This document shows, in pieces, positions 62,023 to 64,000 of a DNA stretch of 64,000 nucleotides. Positions within the stretch are counted from its first letter, which is position 1. Each line of letters begins with the position of its first letter. The DNA is from a virus. Where the stretch lies: positions 10,016 to 74,015 of the IMG/VR virus record IMGVR_UViG_3300030333_007705, one strand, 5' to 3'. The position numbers and the translations under genes are program-made. The notes under the pieces are model-generated. The model worked only from the letters and a program-made list of their open reading frames with translations. It was not told the DNA's origin and searched no databases.

Positions 62023-62598
62023 TTAACTATAAGGCATGAAAGACGTGATTTTTTCGTATTTAGCATAATCATATGCAATATCAATCCCAACTTCGACTAA
62101 GCCATTGTTGCCGTAATCCAGGCTTTCACCCCACTTAATGCTGGTAATGAAAGGATTGACTAATGACCATACCTCTTTTACGTTCGCATTTTCAGGGACG
62201 CCGGCATCGTTGGTGGTGCCACCGTCAAGCTGCTTAATTGTAATTCCGCCAATAGCTTCAACTGCGGCTTTCTTTGTAATACCGACTGCGGCATCTACCC
62301 TGTTACCCGGTAGACGATATCCCATGGACTTCATTACATGCCAAAATTCGCTTCCCATGTCAGCTTGAAAGGAGTCAATAAGAGTAACGCTGATGGGTTC
62401 CCATTTAACCTTGGTGGGAAACTTAAAAACATGATTTAAAAAGTTATGCTCTTCTGCGTCTTGGCTAAAAGACGGCTTCTTAGCTACCTTTGCCATAAAC
62501 TCAACGTCGCTTACGTTGGCAAAGTTTAAAATCCATCGAAACTGCCTTTTGGGCTCAAATGCATTTGGGTTCGTTGCTTTACTAAAAAATGTACTCAT
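62023..62598 (-). CDS. Tail tube protein (gp19-like)
   Basis: EPKRQFRW, KPS, WEPISVT, W-x-L-x-N, LDY, YDYA; CTATTTA at 62621-62627. Confidence 0.85.
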   Translation of the reverse strand: MSTFFSKATNPNAFEPKRQFRWILNFANVSDVEFMAKVAKKPSFSQDAEEHNFLNHVFKFPTKVKWEPISVTLIDSFQADMGSEFWHVMKSMGYRLPGNRVDAAVGITKKAAVEAIGGITIKQLDGGTTNDAGVPENANVKEVWSLVNPFITSIKWGESLDYGNNGLVEVGIDIAYDYAKYEKITSFMPYS

Positions 62599-62641
62599 TA
62601 AAGTTGTCTCCTTCCAATTTTAAATAGCATGAAAAAATATT

Positions 62642-64000
62642 TTAGTCGTCAAAAGAGGCTCCGGAGCGCGTAATAATGAAATCAAGCGCGATGTACTCAA
62701 TTGCTCGTGCAGGTTTAAGGTAAATTTTCGCATACATAATGTTACGGTCAATTAAGTCCGGAGTTGTAGTCGTCCCGTCAAGAACAACCTTGTAATCCGT
62801 AAGACCAAACCCTGCCTTTACACTGTCCAGGAGGGGGTCAACTTGACCAATGAATCTATCCCAGGTCTTCTGCACGTTTTGGTCAAATAAGATTCGAGAT
62901 GCAATTTTAGAAATTCTCTTCTTAAGGAAGATGAGAAGTCTTCTAACGTTAATTCTGTCCAGCGCTGAAGGTGTTACTTGCAGCGTTTTTTGACCAAAGA
63001 TTACAATTCCTTCCGCTGGGAAGCTAGCAATCGGGTTGATGTTAGCATCATACAGCTTGTCACGCTCTTTGGAGGTAACACGCTGGCGTACGCCAACGAC
63101 CGGGATGCCTGCAGAACCTTCGCTTAGGCCGCCTCTTGTGAAGCCAGCTGGTGCAAACCAAACATCAGATTTTCTCTGCGAGCTTGAGAACGTGCCCAAG
63201 GCTACAACAGATGGCGGAACGTAAAGAATGGAGTTATTGATAGTGTCGCGCACTTGGACCCATGGGTAGAAAGCGCAACCATAGCTTGAGTTAAGGCCCA
63301 TGGCCTTAAGATTCGACACAGTCGTATCAACACTACCAACTCTTGCTGTTTCAGTCGTGTTGGTTTCATGCTTGGGCACGTAGCCGCCAGGCAAGTCGAT
63401 TATTGCCAACGAGTCGCCGCGATCCTCGCATGCGTTAACAAGGGCTGTCGTCAAGTTAGTGTTGGTAAGGCCCGGCATGCAAGCAGTATCAAACTCAACA
63501 TACTCGGAATCTGACAAGATATCAATGGCCTTTTTGACAGAGTAATAAGCATAGTTAGTCGTAACGCCGCCGCCGTCCAAGTAGTTATTTCGGAAAGGAT
63601 CAGCTTCTTGAATCTTCAAGCCGTCGCGGCCTCCCCACATGGGCGAAGTAAAGCGGTTGAAGCCCTTGTCAAGAACACCCTCAGAGCCTGACCTTGCAGT
63701 CAGAGAAAGGTTATCTGCGCGGGATCCCGAAGTCCAAATGGCTGTTGAAGTATCAGTGTTGTCCCCATCGCTGTCTCTTAAGCGAACATCGTCAAGCGTG
63801 AACACCCAAGAATACTCAGTGTTGTTTGAAGACACAGCATGCTGATCAAGACCAGCAGGACCGGCGCGAAGCAGATCCAGGTTGGTATGATCGAAAATGC
63901 GCGTACCTTCAATAACAGACTGATATCCAAAGTAAGCTTGCGTATCCAGCACCAGGTCTCCCTCTGAAGAGGAAACGCGCGTGCGAGTGCGAGGCCAGTC
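62642..64000 (-). CDS. Contractile tail sheath protein (5' part outside the window)
   Basis: YPW, PPS, WFAPAGFTRG, INPI, GQKTL, RINVRRL, P...IEYI; frame open to 64000. Confidence 0.95.
   Translation of the reverse strand, partial: DWPRTRTRVSSSEGDLVLDTQAYFGYQSVIEGTRIFDHTNLDLLRAGPAGLDQHAVSSNNTEYSWVFTLDDVRLRDSDGDNTDTSTAIWTSGSRADNLSLTARSGSEGVLDKGFNRFTSPMWGGRDGLKIQEADPFRNNYLDGGGVTTNYAYYSVKKAIDILSDSEYVEFDTACMPGLTNTNLTTALVNACEDRGDSLAIIDLPGGYVPKHETNTTETARVGSVDTTVSNLKAMGLNSSYGCAFYPWVQVRDTINNSILYVPPSVVALGTFSSSQRKSDVWFAPAGFTRGGLSEGSAGIPVVGVRQRVTSKERDKLYDANINPIASFPAEGIVIFGQKTLQVTPSALDRINVRRLLIFLKKRISKIASRILFDQNVQKTWDRFIGQVDPLLDSVKAGFGLTDYKVVLDGTTTTPDLIDRNIMYAKIYLKPARAIEYIALDFIITRSGASFDD

Noticed and set aside
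1-64000. Stop-codon reassignment, diversity-generating retroelement, introns or inteins
   Set aside because: TAA, TAG and TGA all end conserved genes at expected lengths; no reverse transcriptase or template/variable repeat pair seen; DnaE, RNR, helicase and RecA are uninterrupted

Overview
This window is a 64-kb segment of a large, T4-like-architecture myophage (probably a jumbo phage). Almost every gene is on the minus strand and uses the standard genetic code. Read along the coding strand (from 64000 down), it contains: (1) a contractile-tail module (sheath, tube, tail/hub assembly chaperone with a probable +1/-2 frameshift extension, tape measure, baseplate); (2) replication and nucleotide genes (polymerase-only PolA, divergent tubulin, gp32-like SSB, RecA, deaminase, 5'-3' exonuclease, helicase, class II RNR, ThyX, DnaE, dUTPase, IMPDH); (3) a protein quality-control set (ClpP, GroEL, GroES, Hsp20, glutaredoxin, peptide deformylase), UvsE and three tRNAs for A-ending codons; (4) an early/accessory region of about 19 kb packed with tiny genes, a MoxR-AAA/vWA pair and an RpoH-like sigma factor; (5) a non-coding, motif-rich gap at 2.76-3.2 kb; (6) late genes with putative head-targeting N-termini. 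The most unusual signals are: tandem arrays of about 25-30 paralogous 'MKVGDLV...EVISESR' SH3/KOW-like microproteins joined by a conserved triple-function junction; a 31-nt pseudoknot-like element found three times just after stop codons, with covariation; a promoter- and terminator-bounded five-helix ncRNA of about 120 nt; a full sigma54 promoter architecture (-24/-12, IHF-like site, three phased palindromes) in front of the phage sigma factor; and two clearly readable promoter classes, both with leaderless mRNAs. All calls come from motif recognition by eye; no database search or folding computation was run.
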